Shown here in pieces: positions 10,305 through 20,370 of a stretch of DNA of 64,000 bases. Made by a program: the position numbers and the translations under genes. Within the stretch, counting starts at the first letter, position 1. Each line of letters opens with the position of its first letter. The DNA is taken from assembly GCA_963739455.1 (NCBI GenBank), contig CAVUAK010000001.1:960001-1024000 (forward strand), read 5' to 3'. Origin of the DNA: an uncultured Gemmatimonadales bacterium (GTDB taxonomy: Bacteria; Gemmatimonadota; Gemmatimonadetes; Gemmatimonadales; GWC2-71-9). The notes under the pieces were generated by a model. It was given only the letters and a program-made list of their open reading frames with translations, was not told the DNA's origin and made no database searches.

Positions 10305-10664
10305 CTGAAGCCCTCACCGGGGTCAAGCTACCAGAAGATCTACGGCGTGGTGCGACGCATTCCCCGCGGTCGCGTCGCCACCTACGGCCAGGTTGCTGAA
10401 CTGGCCGGTCTCGCGGGCCACGCGCGCCAGGTAGGCTACGCCCTTCATGCGCTGCACGGTGCGAGTGCGCTCCCGTGGCACCGGGTGGTCAATGCTGCCG
10501 GTGCCATCAGCCTTCGGTCGGTTCCCGGCTTCGAGCTGGAGCAGCGCATCCGGCTGGAGGCCGAGGGGGTGACGTTCAATGCGCGGGGACGGGTGCCCCT
10601 CGCGCGCTATCGCTGGAGCGGCACTCGCGGTTCCACTTCGCAGGGAGGTCGCCATGTCCGATAG
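10305..10664 (+). CDS. Alkyltransferase-like protein (ATL/YbaZ, MGMT family); start uncertain
   Basis: IPRGRVATYGQVA and PWHRVVN, with Trp in place of the catalytic Cys. Confidence 0.88.
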   Translation: MKPSPGSSYQKIYGVVRRIPRGRVATYGQVAELAGLAGHARQVGYALHALHGASALPWHRVVNAAGAISLRSVPGFELEQRIRLEAEGVTFNARGRVPLARYRWSGTRGSTSQGGRHVR

Positions 10665-11022
10665 CGCAGGCCCAGGCAATCCCCTCGTCAAGGCAGCGAC
10701 GATCGGGACGGTGCTGCAGGTGCTGATGGTGGTGGCCGGTCACTTCATGCCGCAGCTGGCGCAGCTCTTCCCGGTACTGGGAACGGGGCTGGGCGGAGTG
10801 ACCGGCTTGCTCTTCGGGCTCTTCAACAAGGGTGCAACCGGCGGGTCGCTGGCCGGGGGCGGTGCCGTCGCGGGTGGTCTCGCGGGCCTCCTCGGCTCTG
10901 CGGTGTCCATGGCGATGGGCGATGTGCCGGGCGCAACCGTCGGCATTGCGACGGGATCCACCGCCGTTGCCGGCGCCATCGGCGGCTTCCTCGGAAAATT
11001 TCTCGGCGGCAAGACCGCCTGA
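10654..11022 (+). CDS. Small Gly-rich membrane protein
   Basis: GGAGG RBS before ATG 10654 and four Gly-rich hydrophobic helices. Confidence 0.7.
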   Translation: MSDSAGPGNPLVKAATIGTVLQVLMVVAGHFMPQLAQLFPVLGTGLGGVTGLLFGLFNKGATGGSLAGGGAVAGGLAGLLGSAVSMAMGDVPGATVGIATGSTAVAGAIGGFLGKFLGGKTA

Positions 11023-11059
11023 CATTCACATCAAGCTCACCGCACGAAAGGGGGATGCT

Positions 11060-11695
11060 GTGCCGAAGTATCTGACTGAGTTCATTGGGACGTTCTTCCT
11101 CACCCTCACTGCCTGTCTCACCGTCACCGGCGACCGGCCGATCCCGGCACTGGCGATCGGGAGCTCGCTCATGATCATGGTGTACATGGGCGGTCACATC
11201 TCCGGTGCGCACTACAACCCGGCGGTGTCGCTGGCGCTGCTGCTGCGGAAGAAGTTCCCCTCATCCGACTTCGTGCCCTACGTCGTCTCACAGTTGCTGG
11301 GCGCCACGGTGGCCGCATATGTCGCATACCTGGTGCTCGGCAAGACCGTCGGGGTTGCGCCCGGCACCGGTGTCAGCGCCTTCACCGCGGTCCTGGTGGA
11401 AGCGCTCTTCACCTTCGCGCTGGCACTGACGGTCCTCAACGTTGCCTGCTCGGAAAAGACCAAGGGCAACTCGTACTACGGCCTCGCGATCGGTTTCACG
11501 ATCGTGGTGGCGGCGTTCGCCGGCGGATGGATTTCCGGCGGGGCATTCAACCCGGCCGTGGGCACCGGACCAAACGTGATCAACGCGCTGTTCGGCGGCG
11601 GCACCTGGTCCACTCTCTGGATCTACTACGTGGGCCCGCTGCTGGGTGGCGTACTCGCGTCGGTGGTCTTTGGCATCCAGGAGGGGGCAGCCTGA
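11060..11695 (+). CDS. Aquaporin (MIP family)
   Basis: EFIGTF, HISGAHYNPAVS and GAFNPAV (two NPA motifs). Confidence 0.95.
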   Translation: MPKYLTEFIGTFFLTLTACLTVTGDRPIPALAIGSSLMIMVYMGGHISGAHYNPAVSLALLLRKKFPSSDFVPYVVSQLLGATVAAYVAYLVLGKTVGVAPGTGVSAFTAVLVEALFTFALALTVLNVACSEKTKGNSYYGLAIGFTIVVAAFAGGWISGGAFNPAVGTGPNVINALFGGGTWSTLWIYYVGPLLGGVLASVVFGIQEGAA

Positions 11696-12120
11696 CCATC
11701 GGCTGGCACCACCTCATCTGCCTTGTTGCCGTTGCCGGATGCAGCGGCAACAAGCAGGTACAGACCGGTGAGCATCCCTCGGGAGCGAAAATGGCAAAGG
11801 TGACGGGCACCGTGTTCTACCTCGAGCGCGTCGCACTGCCACCCGGCGCCGTGCTGAAGGTGCAGCTCAGCGACGTTTCCCGGGCTGATGCACCGGCCGA
11901 CGTGATTGCCGCCGATTCCATCACCGTCACCCACCAGGTGCCGATCCCATTCTCGCTGTCCTATGACCCGCAACGCATCGTCCCCTCACACACCTATGTG
12001 GTGCAGGCCCGCATCGAGGTGGACGGCAAGCTCCGCTTCATCAACACCTCTTCCAACCCGGTGGTGACGAACGGCAAGCCGGCTTCCGTCGATGTCCGCG
12101 TCTCCCCGGTGCCGCAGTAG
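11692..12120 (+). CDS. YbaY-family lipoprotein
   Basis: Lipobox VAG-C, VTGTVFYLERVALPP, DVSRADAP, QVPIPF. Probable CTG start. Confidence 0.85.
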   Translation: MTIGWHHLICLVAVAGCSGNKQVQTGEHPSGAKMAKVTGTVFYLERVALPPGAVLKVQLSDVSRADAPADVIAADSITVTHQVPIPFSLSYDPQRIVPSHTYVVQARIEVDGKLRFINTSSNPVVTNGKPASVDVRVSPVPQ

Positions 12121-12145
12121 CCGGACGGACGTCCGGCACCTTGAC

Positions 12146-13117
12146 GTGAACTGGCGCACCATTGGTCTCGCGTTGGTGCTGCTCTGTGCCTGTTCCCCAT
12201 CCGGAGCCGCGCAGCAGCCGGTCAAGGTTGCATGCGCTGGCTCACCGCGGGTCCTCCCGGCAGTGGATTCAACGCGACTCATCGCCGACCTCGCAGCACT
12301 CGCCGACGACTCGATGGAGGGCCGTGGCCTGGGCACGCCTGGCGGCGCGCGCGCGCGCGCCTTCGTGCTCGACCGGTTTCGTGCGACCGGGCTGGATAGC
12401 CTCGCCACCGGCATGCTGCAGCACTTTCCCGTGGCCAGTGGATCAGGGGAGGGCGCGAACGTGGTGGCCATGGTGCGTGGACGCACGCGTCCGGGGCGCA
12501 TCATCCTGGTGACTGCGCACTACGATCATCTCGGGAAGCAGCAGGGCGAGGTCTACAACGGCGCCGATGACAACGCGTCGGGCACCGCTGCGATCATGGC
12601 GATCGCCGGGTGGTTCCGCCGGAATCCGCCCGCTAACACCGTAATGTTCGTGGCGCTCGATGGTGAGGAAGAGGGACTGCTGGGAGCCGCTGCGTTCGTG
12701 CGCGACAGCATGGTCGCCGCTGATTCAGTCATCCTGGACGTCAACCTGGACATGGTGAGTCGCAGCGCCAAGTGGCAGCTCTTCGCCGTGGGACCGAAGC
12801 GCTATCCCTCGCTCGTACCCTACCTCGCGAGCACCGCCTGCAGTGCGCAACTCGCGCTGATGCTGGGTCACGACAAGGGCTGGCCGGCCAGTGAGGACTG
12901 GACCATGCAGTCGGATCAGGGAGCGTTCCAGGAGGCGGGCATTCCGTTCACCTACTTCGGTGTCGAGGACCACGCCGACTACCACCGTCCCACCGACGAT
13001 GTATCACGCATTGATCCAGGCTTCTTCGTGGCCGCCACCCGCGCGATTGCGCTCTACGTGTCGCTGGTGGACGCCAGCCCGGCTGCCGCCGAATCGGCGC
13101 GAACCGTCAGTCAGTAG
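12146..13117 (+). CDS. M28 family peptidase, exported
   Basis: TAHYDHLG, NGADDNASG, GEEEGLLG, NLDM, DYHRPTD. Confidence 0.92.
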   Translation: MNWRTIGLALVLLCACSPSGAAQQPVKVACAGSPRVLPAVDSTRLIADLAALADDSMEGRGLGTPGGARARAFVLDRFRATGLDSLATGMLQHFPVASGSGEGANVVAMVRGRTRPGRIILVTAHYDHLGKQQGEVYNGADDNASGTAAIMAIAGWFRRNPPANTVMFVALDGEEEGLLGAAAFVRDSMVAADSVILDVNLDMVSRSAKWQLFAVGPKRYPSLVPYLASTACSAQLALMLGHDKGWPASEDWTMQSDQGAFQEAGIPFTYFGVEDHADYHRPTDDVSRIDPGFFVAATRAIALYVSLVDASPAAAESARTVSQ

Positions 13118-13493
13118 CCCCGGGCTGCGCGAACCCCACCACCGTGCCGCAGGGGGCCCGCACGAAGATCTCCTCCGCACCGTAGAACGTGGTGCGCCGC
13201 GGCACCACCACATCCAGCCCCGCCACGACTCGCTCGACGGCGTTGATGTCGTCCACGTCGATGTAGAGCGCGATGCCATGGCCCTGCGCCGCGACACCAG
13301 GGACGTCGGCGTCGAGGCTCGCGCGCGACTGGTACATCACCTCGAAGCCATCCTTCACCAGGATCACGAAGCCGAGCCTGTCCTCGTGCGGAACCTGCAC
13401 CGCGAGGGCAAAGCCGAGGCGGTCGGTCCAGAAGGGCAGGCAAGGTTCGATCGCGTCCACCGGGATGATCGGGACCACCTTCCTGATCTGCAT
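13107..13493 (-). CDS. VOC/glyoxalase family protein
   Basis: FWTDRLGF, LYIDVDDI, TFYGAEEIFVRAPCG. Confidence 0.85.
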   Translation of the reverse strand: MQIRKVVPIIPVDAIEPCLPFWTDRLGFALAVQVPHEDRLGFVILVKDGFEVMYQSRASLDADVPGVAAQGHGIALYIDVDDINAVERVVAGLDVVVPRRTTFYGAEEIFVRAPCGTVVGFAQPGATD

Positions 13494-13565
13494 GTCGCAC
13501 TCCTTGCCGTGTGAGGCAGGTAGCAGCTCGATTGACTGACATTCGCGCCATCGTAGATTGGCTGC

Positions 13566-14099
13566 ATGCCCACTGCTTCCGCTACCCGTCCCCTGGCCGG
13601 CGAGTTCCTGCCGTACTTCGGCACCTACATCGACAAGGTCCCCGATGGGGACGTGATCGCCCTGCTCGAGTCATCCATCGGCACCACCAGGAAGGTGCTC
13701 GCGACCGTGCCTGAGGAGCGCGCCGGGTATCGCTATGCGGAAGGGAAGTGGAGTATCAAGGAAGTCATCGGGCACATGTCCGACACCGAGCGGATCTTCA
13801 CCTACCGGCTCCTCACCTTTGCGCGCGGCGATGCCGGCCCGCAGCCCGGCTTCGACGAGACGAGCTACACTCCAGCCCAGCAATCGGACCGGGTCCCGTT
13901 CGCGTGGCTGCTCGATGAGTTCACCGCCGTCCGCGCGGCCACACTCGCCCTGCTGAAGGTGCTGCCGCCCGAGGCGTGGGAACGCCGCGGTGTCGCCAGC
14001 ACGCACACGCTGAGCGTGCGTGCGTCAGCCTGGATCATTGCCGGCCACGAGATCCACCATCGCCGCGTGCTCGAGGAGCGCTACCTCGGCGCGCCCTGA
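13566..14099 (+). CDS. DinB family protein
   Basis: YRYAEGKWSIKEVIGHMSDTERIF, GHEIHH. Confidence 0.9.
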   Translation: MPTASATRPLAGEFLPYFGTYIDKVPDGDVIALLESSIGTTRKVLATVPEERAGYRYAEGKWSIKEVIGHMSDTERIFTYRLLTFARGDAGPQPGFDETSYTPAQQSDRVPFAWLLDEFTAVRAATLALLKVLPPEAWERRGVASTHTLSVRASAWIIAGHEIHHRRVLEERYLGAP

Positions 14100-14995
14100 C
14101 GGGCAAAGCCGACCACCAGCAACTGCACGAATTGGTCGGCGCGCGACTGGCTGCCGAACGCATCCTCGTAGCCCGCCGCAGGCCTCGCCGCAACGATCAC
14201 CTCCATCGACTCACCCCGCTGTACCGCATCGCTCACCTTCTGCCCCACCGCCTGGAGCATCGCGCGATACGCCGCCATGCCGGCGCGATTGGTCGTCGGG
14301 CCGTGGCCCGGGACGATGATCGTCTCGTCATTGGCGATGGCCAGGCCCCGGTCCACGGCGGCGAGCATCCCCGCCCAGGTGCCACCAGCCCAGTAGTCGA
14401 TGAACGGCGGCGCGCCGAGCTCGAGCACGTCGCCCATGTGCAGGACGTTGGCCATTGGTAGCCAGATGATCAGGTCGCCGTCGGTATGGGCGCCCGGCAC
14501 ATGATATAGCACGACCTGCCCGCCCTTCCGCGCGATGGTCAGCGAGTCGTCAAGGCATTTGGTGGGCAGGGCATCGGCCGGTGCGGGCGTGCGATGCCAC
14601 TCGCGCCACTCGGTGATGGTGGTGTCCTTCCTCGCCTGCACCGCCACGTTGCATTGCGCGATGAGCTGCGCGCCCTGGGCCTTCCAGTGCGGGTTGCCCC
14701 CGATGTGATCATCGTGATAGTGCGTCGTCACTACTGTCTTCACCGGTCGCGTGGTGAGGGCGCGGAGCGACGAATCGGCGAGCCCGACGCGCCGCTCGCT
14801 CTGCGCATCCACGAGCAGTACGTCGGTTCCGTCGTCGTGGACCAGGATGTTCCCGTTCGTGAACCCGGAGAGCACCCAGATTCCGGGGCGGAGCGGGGTG
14901 GTGGTGATCTGCATGACGGACTGCGCGGGCGCAATCGACGGGCGGGCAGCAAGCAACAGGAGAACGACGAGGCAGGGATGTCTCGGTACGCGCAT
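14081..14995 (-). CDS. MBL-fold metallo-hydrolase, exported
   Basis: THYHDDHIGGN, AHTDGD, HMGD, VPGHG and a signal peptide. Confidence 0.9.
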   Translation of the reverse strand: MRVPRHPCLVVLLLLAARPSIAPAQSVMQITTTPLRPGIWVLSGFTNGNILVHDDGTDVLLVDAQSERRVGLADSSLRALTTRPVKTVVTTHYHDDHIGGNPHWKAQGAQLIAQCNVAVQARKDTTITEWREWHRTPAPADALPTKCLDDSLTIARKGGQVVLYHVPGAHTDGDLIIWLPMANVLHMGDVLELGAPPFIDYWAGGTWAGMLAAVDRGLAIANDETIIVPGHGPTTNRAGMAAYRAMLQAVGQKVSDAVQRGESMEVIVAARPAAGYEDAFGSQSRADQFVQLLVVGFARQGAPR

Positions 14996-15063
14996 TCCGG
15001 TTCCGGTGATGAGGGTCCAGAGCCGGACGGAGGCGTACGGCCGTTCGTTTCAGTACCGCGCCG

Positions 15064-15204
15064 TCACTCCTTTTCCTGCAGCATTCGCTGGGGTGGATCG
15101 TCGAGGTCATCGAACTGGCCCCGCTTCGCTGCCGTGATGAACAGGAAAGCAAAGATTCCGCCCAGGACCAGCGCAATCGGCAGCAGGAAGATGACTGCGT
15201 TCAC
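15064..15204 (-). CDS. ccoS: cbb3 oxidase maturation protein CcoS (46 aa, not in ORF track)
   Basis: Manual translation MNAVIFLLPIALVLGGIFAFLFITAAKRGQFDDLDDPPQRMLQEKE; GQFDDL signature. Confidence 0.92.
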   Translation of the reverse strand: MNAVIFLLPIALVLGGIFAFLFITAAKRGQFDDLDDPPQRMLQEKE

Positions 15205-17483
15205 TGGTCGCCTTCCCGAACCAGTCGCTCGACCTGGAGGGCGCCCCAGATGACCATGCCGCTGGAGAGCGGCATGAGGAGCGCCGCGACCAGCGGGTTC
15301 ACCAGGCCAGCGGCGGCGGCGGATACGGCGAGCACGTTGTAGGTCAGCGAACGTCGCTGGTTGCGGCGGATGACCTGCCGGCAGGCCCGCGCCGCGCGCC
15401 GTGCCGCCAGGATCGGTGCGAGTGAAGGTCGCGCGATGACGCCGTCGGCCACCAGTACGCTGCTCGCCGCGCCACTTCCCATCGCGATGCCCACGTCAGC
15501 CATTGCGAGCGCGGGGCCATCGTTGAGTCCGTCGCCCGCAAACAGCACGCGATGCCTCATGCGCTGACGCTCCTCGATCCACTTCGCCTTTTGCTCCGGG
15601 CCGCATCGCGCCACAATCATCGCGATGCCCGCCGCCGCTGCGATGCGGTCCGCCACCTCGGCGTGATCGCCGGTGATCAGGGCAACGCCGAGCCCCTGTG
15701 CCTCGAGCTGCCGCACCGTGTCGGCCGCGTCAGGCCGGATCACGTCGCCCAGCCGGATGCGGTGCTCCTGGCCGCTGTCATCACTCAGGAGCAGTGAGCC
15801 GGGGCCGCCCGTACCCAGGTGCCATGCCACGCCGTCGACCCGGCCCCGCATTCCGACACCGGCTTCCTCGCGCACGTCTTCGCCCCGTGGCAACGCGAGG
15901 TCCCGGCTGATCGCCTTCTCCACGATCGCTCGCGCGATCGGGTGCGTGCTGTAGCGCTCGAGTCCGGCCGCGATGCGCAGCGCGCCGTCATCGGCCTCGA
16001 TCACCGTCATGGTGCCGGACGTGACCGTACCCGTCTTGTCGAAGGCAACCAGGTCCACGTCGTCCAGGTCGAGCAGTGCATCAGCGGAGCGGAGCAGGAG
16101 CCCGCGCCGCGCCGCTGCGCCGAGGCCGGCCGCCGCCGCCAATGGCTGGGACAGTGCCAGGGCGCAGGGACAGGCAACCACGAGGACCGCTACCGTGCGA
16201 GTCAGCGCCACGTCGGCACCGCGCGTGAACCACCAGCCGATGCAGGTGATTGTGGCAATCACCAGCGTCACCGCGGTGAACCACGGCGCAATGCGGTCCG
16301 CCGAGGAGGGACGCATGCCGCGATCGGCGGCGTGCTCCAGCTGCGCCGCCATGCGGCTGAGCATCGTCTCGCTGCCCACCGCCTCGACCTGGACCGTGAG
16401 TGCCCCGTCGAGGAGGATCGATCCTGCCACCACCCTGTCGCCCGCCGACACCGACACCGGCTCAGCTTCTCCGGTGAGCAAGGCCATCCGCACCTGTCCG
16501 GCGCCTTCAGTTATCACGCCGTCGGCAGCGAGCTCCTCGCCCTCACCTACATCGATCAAGTCACCGGCGCGAAGCGCTGAGGCGTCCACTGTCTCGAGCT
16601 GGCCAGCCACCTGTCGGCGCGCAGTACGGGGCGCGGTCGCCGCGAGCGACATGGCCGCTTCCACCGCGCGTCGCCGACCGCCACTCTCGAGCATGCGCCC
16701 CGCCAGCAGGAGCGCCACCAGCATGCCGAGCGAGTCCAGGTAGCCTTCGTGACCGTTGATTGTCGCGACCACGCCGTGACCGTAGAGGAGGACGACGCCG
16801 AGGGCGATCGGCAGGTCCATGTGCAGCACACGCCGTCGCAGCCCGGACACGGCACCCGCAAAGAATGGTGCCGCACACCAGAGTGCCACCGGCGTCGCCA
16901 CCACCAGCGCGAGCCAGCGGAACAATGCGGCGAACCGCGGCTCCATGACATCGAACCACCCGGTATAGAGCGATGCGTAAAGCAGCATGAGGTTCATGGA
17001 GCAGAACGCGGCGACGCCGAGCCGCACCAGGAGGTCACGATCGGGGGTTGCTTCCTCGCCGAGGGCGCGCGGGCGGTACCCGAGCGCCGCGATGCGCCCG
17101 GCAAGCGCCGTCAGGTCGATGCGGCGCGGGTCCCAGCGAATCGACGCGCGGCCGGTGGCGTAGCTCACCATGACATGTTCCACGCCTGGCGTGCGCTCCA
17201 GCACCTGCTCGATCACCCACACGCACGACGCGCAACGCAGTCCGTCCAGCTGGATGCGGACCTCCTCCATGCCGCCCGCAGCGTGGCTGGTGGGCACGGC
17301 GGTCCATCCAGCCGGCGCGATGCCCGGTCGCGGGGCACAGACGGTGCGCTCTTCGTAGTAGCGACCGAGTCCGGCGCCCTGGATGATGGCGTACGCCATC
17401 TCACACCCCGTGCAGCAGAAGCGCTCTTCGCGCGCCTCGAGGGCGGTGCCGCAGTGAACGCACTCGCCGTGCCCCACGCTCAT
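15201..17483 (-). CDS. ccoI: P1B-type Cu ATPase CcoI/FixI
   Basis: CVHC..CCTGC, CASC, LTGE, ACPCAL, DKTGT, HP, GDGLND, plus cluster context. Confidence 0.93.
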   Translation of the reverse strand: MSVGHGECVHCGTALEAREERFCCTGCEMAYAIIQGAGLGRYYEERTVCAPRPGIAPAGWTAVPTSHAAGGMEEVRIQLDGLRCASCVWVIEQVLERTPGVEHVMVSYATGRASIRWDPRRIDLTALAGRIAALGYRPRALGEEATPDRDLLVRLGVAAFCSMNLMLLYASLYTGWFDVMEPRFAALFRWLALVVATPVALWCAAPFFAGAVSGLRRRVLHMDLPIALGVVLLYGHGVVATINGHEGYLDSLGMLVALLLAGRMLESGGRRRAVEAAMSLAATAPRTARRQVAGQLETVDASALRAGDLIDVGEGEELAADGVITEGAGQVRMALLTGEAEPVSVSAGDRVVAGSILLDGALTVQVEAVGSETMLSRMAAQLEHAADRGMRPSSADRIAPWFTAVTLVIATITCIGWWFTRGADVALTRTVAVLVVACPCALALSQPLAAAAGLGAAARRGLLLRSADALLDLDDVDLVAFDKTGTVTSGTMTVIEADDGALRIAAGLERYSTHPIARAIVEKAISRDLALPRGEDVREEAGVGMRGRVDGVAWHLGTGGPGSLLLSDDSGQEHRIRLGDVIRPDAADTVRQLEAQGLGVALITGDHAEVADRIAAAAGIAMIVARCGPEQKAKWIEERQRMRHRVLFAGDGLNDGPALAMADVGIAMGSGAASSVLVADGVIARPSLAPILAARRAARACRQVIRRNQRRSLTYNVLAVSAAAAGLVNPLVAALLMPLSSGMVIWGALQVERLVREGDQ

Positions 17484-17620
17484 CTCGGCTCCGTCGTGTA
17501 GGACTCGGCCACGGGGTCGCGATCGCTCAAGGCGACCCACACGAACACGCCGTTCACCAGGATCATCACGGCGAAGGCGATGGCCAGGCCGATGGGCCAC
17601 CGTCGCTCAGTCGGGTGCAT
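17480..17620 (-). CDS. ccoH: Minimal CcoH/FixH-like protein (46 aa, not in ORF track)
   Basis: MHPTERRWPIGLAIAFAVMILVNGVFVWVALSDRDPVAESYTTEPR; lies between ccoG and ccoI and overlaps both. Confidence 0.7.
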   Translation of the reverse strand: MHPTERRWPIGLAIAFAVMILVNGVFVWVALSDRDPVAESYTTEPR

Positions 17621-18980
17621 GCTTGCCTTCATCCGCGCCACGGCCCGGCGTCATGAAGGTGGCTTGCAGTACGCGCTCCTCCCGGCCGGTTGAGATCCTC
17701 ACCCGGAAGGGGATGCTGCGCGCCGGGCCGCTGTCACGCGGCATGCGCACCACCACCGGCACCGTGCGGTCCTCGGTGGACCCGAGTTCGACAGGGGGAG
17801 CCAGTACCGAGGCCCCCGCCAGGCCCTCGAGCGTCACCGTGTAGCTGGTGGCACCGGGGCGTGCGTCGTTGTTGCCGATGTTGAGCAGGTAGGTGTTGCG
17901 GATGGTGCCGTCGTCGTCCAGCACGAACGTGGACCCGGGGCTCCGCGACAGTTCCGCCTCGAACGCCACGTGGGACCGCAGCACGACGATTGCAGCCACG
18001 GCCAGTGAAGCGATCATCCCACCGTAGATGATCGGCCGCGGTCGCAGCAGGCTCCGCGCCTCACCCCGGCTCTCGGCCTCGGTGGTGTATACGATGAGGC
18101 CTGTGTGGCCGAGCTTCTCCATGACGTGGTCGCAGGCGTCGATGCAGCGGGCACAGCCGATGCACTCGAGCTGGTATCCATTCCTGATGTCGATGCCGGT
18201 GGGACAGACGTTGACGCAAAGGTTGCAGGCGACGCAGCGGCCATCGAGCTTCGCGTCGGCGCCACCGCGCGGCTCCCCCCGCTGGGTCTCGTAGGTGATC
18301 TGCAGGGTGTGGTCGTCTGTCATGACGCCCTGGAGACGGGCGTACGGGCAGAGGTAGATGCAGAACTGTTCCCGGAACCAGGCGAAATCGAGGAACGCAA
18401 TCGTCGCCATGATACCGGCGAAGGCGTAGCTGGTGCTTCCCGCTTGCCCCGTCCAGAGCGCGCGCGAATCACCGAAGTACCCCACGAACGACGAGGCTCC
18501 CACGATGGCCACGAGCGCGAACACCGCCCACTTCCCCAGCCGCCGAAGGACGCGGTTCGTGGTCAGGGGGCCGGCGTCGCGCTTCATGCGCGCATTGCGG
18601 TCGCCCTCGAAGAATTTCTCGATGGGCCTGATGAGTTCCTCGAGGAAGACCGTCTGCGGACAGGCATAGCCGCACCAGAGGCGGCCGAAGAGCGAAGTGA
18701 AGAAGAAGAGCGAGAACGCCAGCGACAACAGCAGGATGAGGATCAGCACGGTGTCGGATGCGGTGTAGATGGCGCCGAACGCGTAGAGCCTCCGCTCCGG
18801 GATGTTCGCCTGCAGCACCGGGTTTCCCCCGACCCGGAGCCAGGGCACGCCCAGCAGGATGGCCAGCAGCATCCACCCGCTGATGCGGTGCAGGCGCTGG
18901 AAGCGCCCCCCGATCGACTGGGGGTACACCCAGGCGCGAACCCCCTCCGCGAAGCCGAGCCGCGCCAGCAGGTTGGTCAC
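17607..18980 (-). CDS. ccoG: Cytochrome c oxidase accessory protein CcoG
   Basis: GRLWCGYACPQTV, FCIYLCPY, CVACNLCVNVCPTGIDIR, CIGCARCIDAC. Confidence 0.95.
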   Translation of the reverse strand: MTNLLARLGFAEGVRAWVYPQSIGGRFQRLHRISGWMLLAILLGVPWLRVGGNPVLQANIPERRLYAFGAIYTASDTVLILILLLSLAFSLFFFTSLFGRLWCGYACPQTVFLEELIRPIEKFFEGDRNARMKRDAGPLTTNRVLRRLGKWAVFALVAIVGASSFVGYFGDSRALWTGQAGSTSYAFAGIMATIAFLDFAWFREQFCIYLCPYARLQGVMTDDHTLQITYETQRGEPRGGADAKLDGRCVACNLCVNVCPTGIDIRNGYQLECIGCARCIDACDHVMEKLGHTGLIVYTTEAESRGEARSLLRPRPIIYGGMIASLAVAAIVVLRSHVAFEAELSRSPGSTFVLDDDGTIRNTYLLNIGNNDARPGATSYTVTLEGLAGASVLAPPVELGSTEDRTVPVVVRMPRDSGPARSIPFRVRISTGREERVLQATFMTPGRGADEGKHAPD

Positions 18981-19471
18981 TGCTTCGAGATGATGTAGGC
19001 GGCCACCTCGCCAATCTTCTCGTTGCCGAGGATGGGCCCCCAGGTGGGCATGCCCTTGGCCGCCACGCCATTGGTGATGGTGGCGACGATTTCTTCCGGC
19101 GTGCGGCCATGCAGCCAGGTGCTGTCCACCAGGTTCGGGCCGATGCCGCCCTGCAGGGTCGCGCCATGACACGCTACGCAGTTCGCCTGGTACACCGCCT
19201 CGCCCGCCGCAATCGCCGCCGGCGTCTGCTCGACGGTCGCCAGCTGGCTCGACTTCGGCCAGCGTGCCTCCGCCTCGGCCACCTGCGCCGCGAGTGACTT
19301 CACGTAGGACTTCTTCGCGATGAAGTGGTAGTAGGCGACGTAGCCCACCGCCCAGATGATCGTCACATAGAAGAGCCCGACCCACCAGTTGGGCATCGGG
19401 TTGTCGTACTCCTCGATGCCGTCGCTCTCGGCGCCATGGCCGAGAATCTGGTTGCGCTCCTGCTTGCTCAC
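18977..19471 (-). CDS. ccoP: cbb3 oxidase subunit III, single-heme form
   Basis: DGIEEYDNPMPNWW, one CVACH, GPNLVD, GMPTW. Confidence 0.92.
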   Translation of the reverse strand: MSKQERNQILGHGAESDGIEEYDNPMPNWWVGLFYVTIIWAVGYVAYYHFIAKKSYVKSLAAQVAEAEARWPKSSQLATVEQTPAAIAAGEAVYQANCVACHGATLQGGIGPNLVDSTWLHGRTPEEIVATITNGVAAKGMPTWGPILGNEKIGEVAAYIISKQ

Positions 19472-19647
19472 GGCTCGCCTCCATCCATGAAGGGCTGTCG
19501 TGCTGCCTCCTCCAGGCGCGCGCGGTTCTGCGGCGCCCACGCCCACACCACCCAGCCGGCAAAGCACGCGAAGAAGACCACGGTCATGATGCCAAGCAGC
19601 CAGCCGCCCTGGACGCTGGCTGCGGCCTCCCGGATGAGCGGGTTCAT
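19468..19647 (-). CDS. ccoQ: cbb3 oxidase subunit CcoQ (59 aa, not in ORF track)
   Basis: MNPLIREAAASVQGGWLLGIMTVVFFACFAGWVVWAWAPQNRARLEEAARQPFMDGGEP; lies between ccoO and ccoP. Confidence 0.85.
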   Translation of the reverse strand: MNPLIREAAASVQGGWLLGIMTVVFFACFAGWVVWAWAPQNRARLEEAARQPFMDGGEP

Positions 19648-20360
19648 GGGACCGCCGCCTTCGTTGCGCCCGCCGCGATGGCCGCGGTGCCGTCCTTACC
19701 CAGTCGCTGCAGGTAGGCGATCAGCGCCACGATCTCCTCGTCGGGCTCGGCGGTGAACCCGCCGGTCTTCAGGCTCGCCACGATCTCTCCGCCCTGGGCC
19801 CGCATCTGTTCCGGGATCCCGGCGATGGTCGCATCGTCATAGGGCACACCCACCTTGCGAAGGGTGCGCACCGTCGCGACCAGGTCGTTCGGGTCCACCT
19901 TCGTGCCGTAGAGCCATCCGTACGTCGGCATGATGCTTCCCGGCGACGTGCTGCGCGGGTCCTTCATGTGCTGGTAGTGCCAGGCATCGGGATACTTCCC
20001 CCCGACCCGCTGGAGGTCGGGGCCGATGCGCCGCGACCCGAGGAGAAACGGGTGGTCGTACTCGTACTCGCCGGCGCGCGTCCACTCGCCGTAGCGCAGC
20101 ATCTCGGCGCGCGTGGGCCGGATCATCTGCGAATGGCAGGTCACGCAGCCCTCACGGATGTAGATGTCGCGACCCGCGACCTCGAGCGGCGTCAGCGGCG
20201 TCACGCCGGGCAGGTGCTCCGGGCCCAGCTTCGCGCTGAACATCGGGATGATCTCCACCAGCCCACCGATCGAGATCGCGATGGCGGTGAGGACCGCCAT
20301 CGTGCCGCCGCGGGCCTCGATGACCCTTCGGTGAAAGCCGTCCTTGTGCTCGCTCGCCAT
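19644..20360 (-). CDS. ccoO: cbb3 oxidase subunit II
   Basis: GRDIYIREGCVTCHSQMIRP, GSRRIGPDL, SIMP. Confidence 0.96.
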   Translation of the reverse strand: MASEHKDGFHRRVIEARGGTMAVLTAIAISIGGLVEIIPMFSAKLGPEHLPGVTPLTPLEVAGRDIYIREGCVTCHSQMIRPTRAEMLRYGEWTRAGEYEYDHPFLLGSRRIGPDLQRVGGKYPDAWHYQHMKDPRSTSPGSIMPTYGWLYGTKVDPNDLVATVRTLRKVGVPYDDATIAGIPEQMRAQGGEIVASLKTGGFTAEPDEEIVALIAYLQRLGKDGTAAIAAGATKAAVP

Positions 20361-20370
20361 GGCCGGTCTC

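Noticed and set aside
14081..14995. True metallo-beta-lactamase
   Set aside because: HxHxDH with AHTDGD and GD matches the broad cyclase/glyoxalase-II-like MBL group, and there is no B1-type Cys ligand
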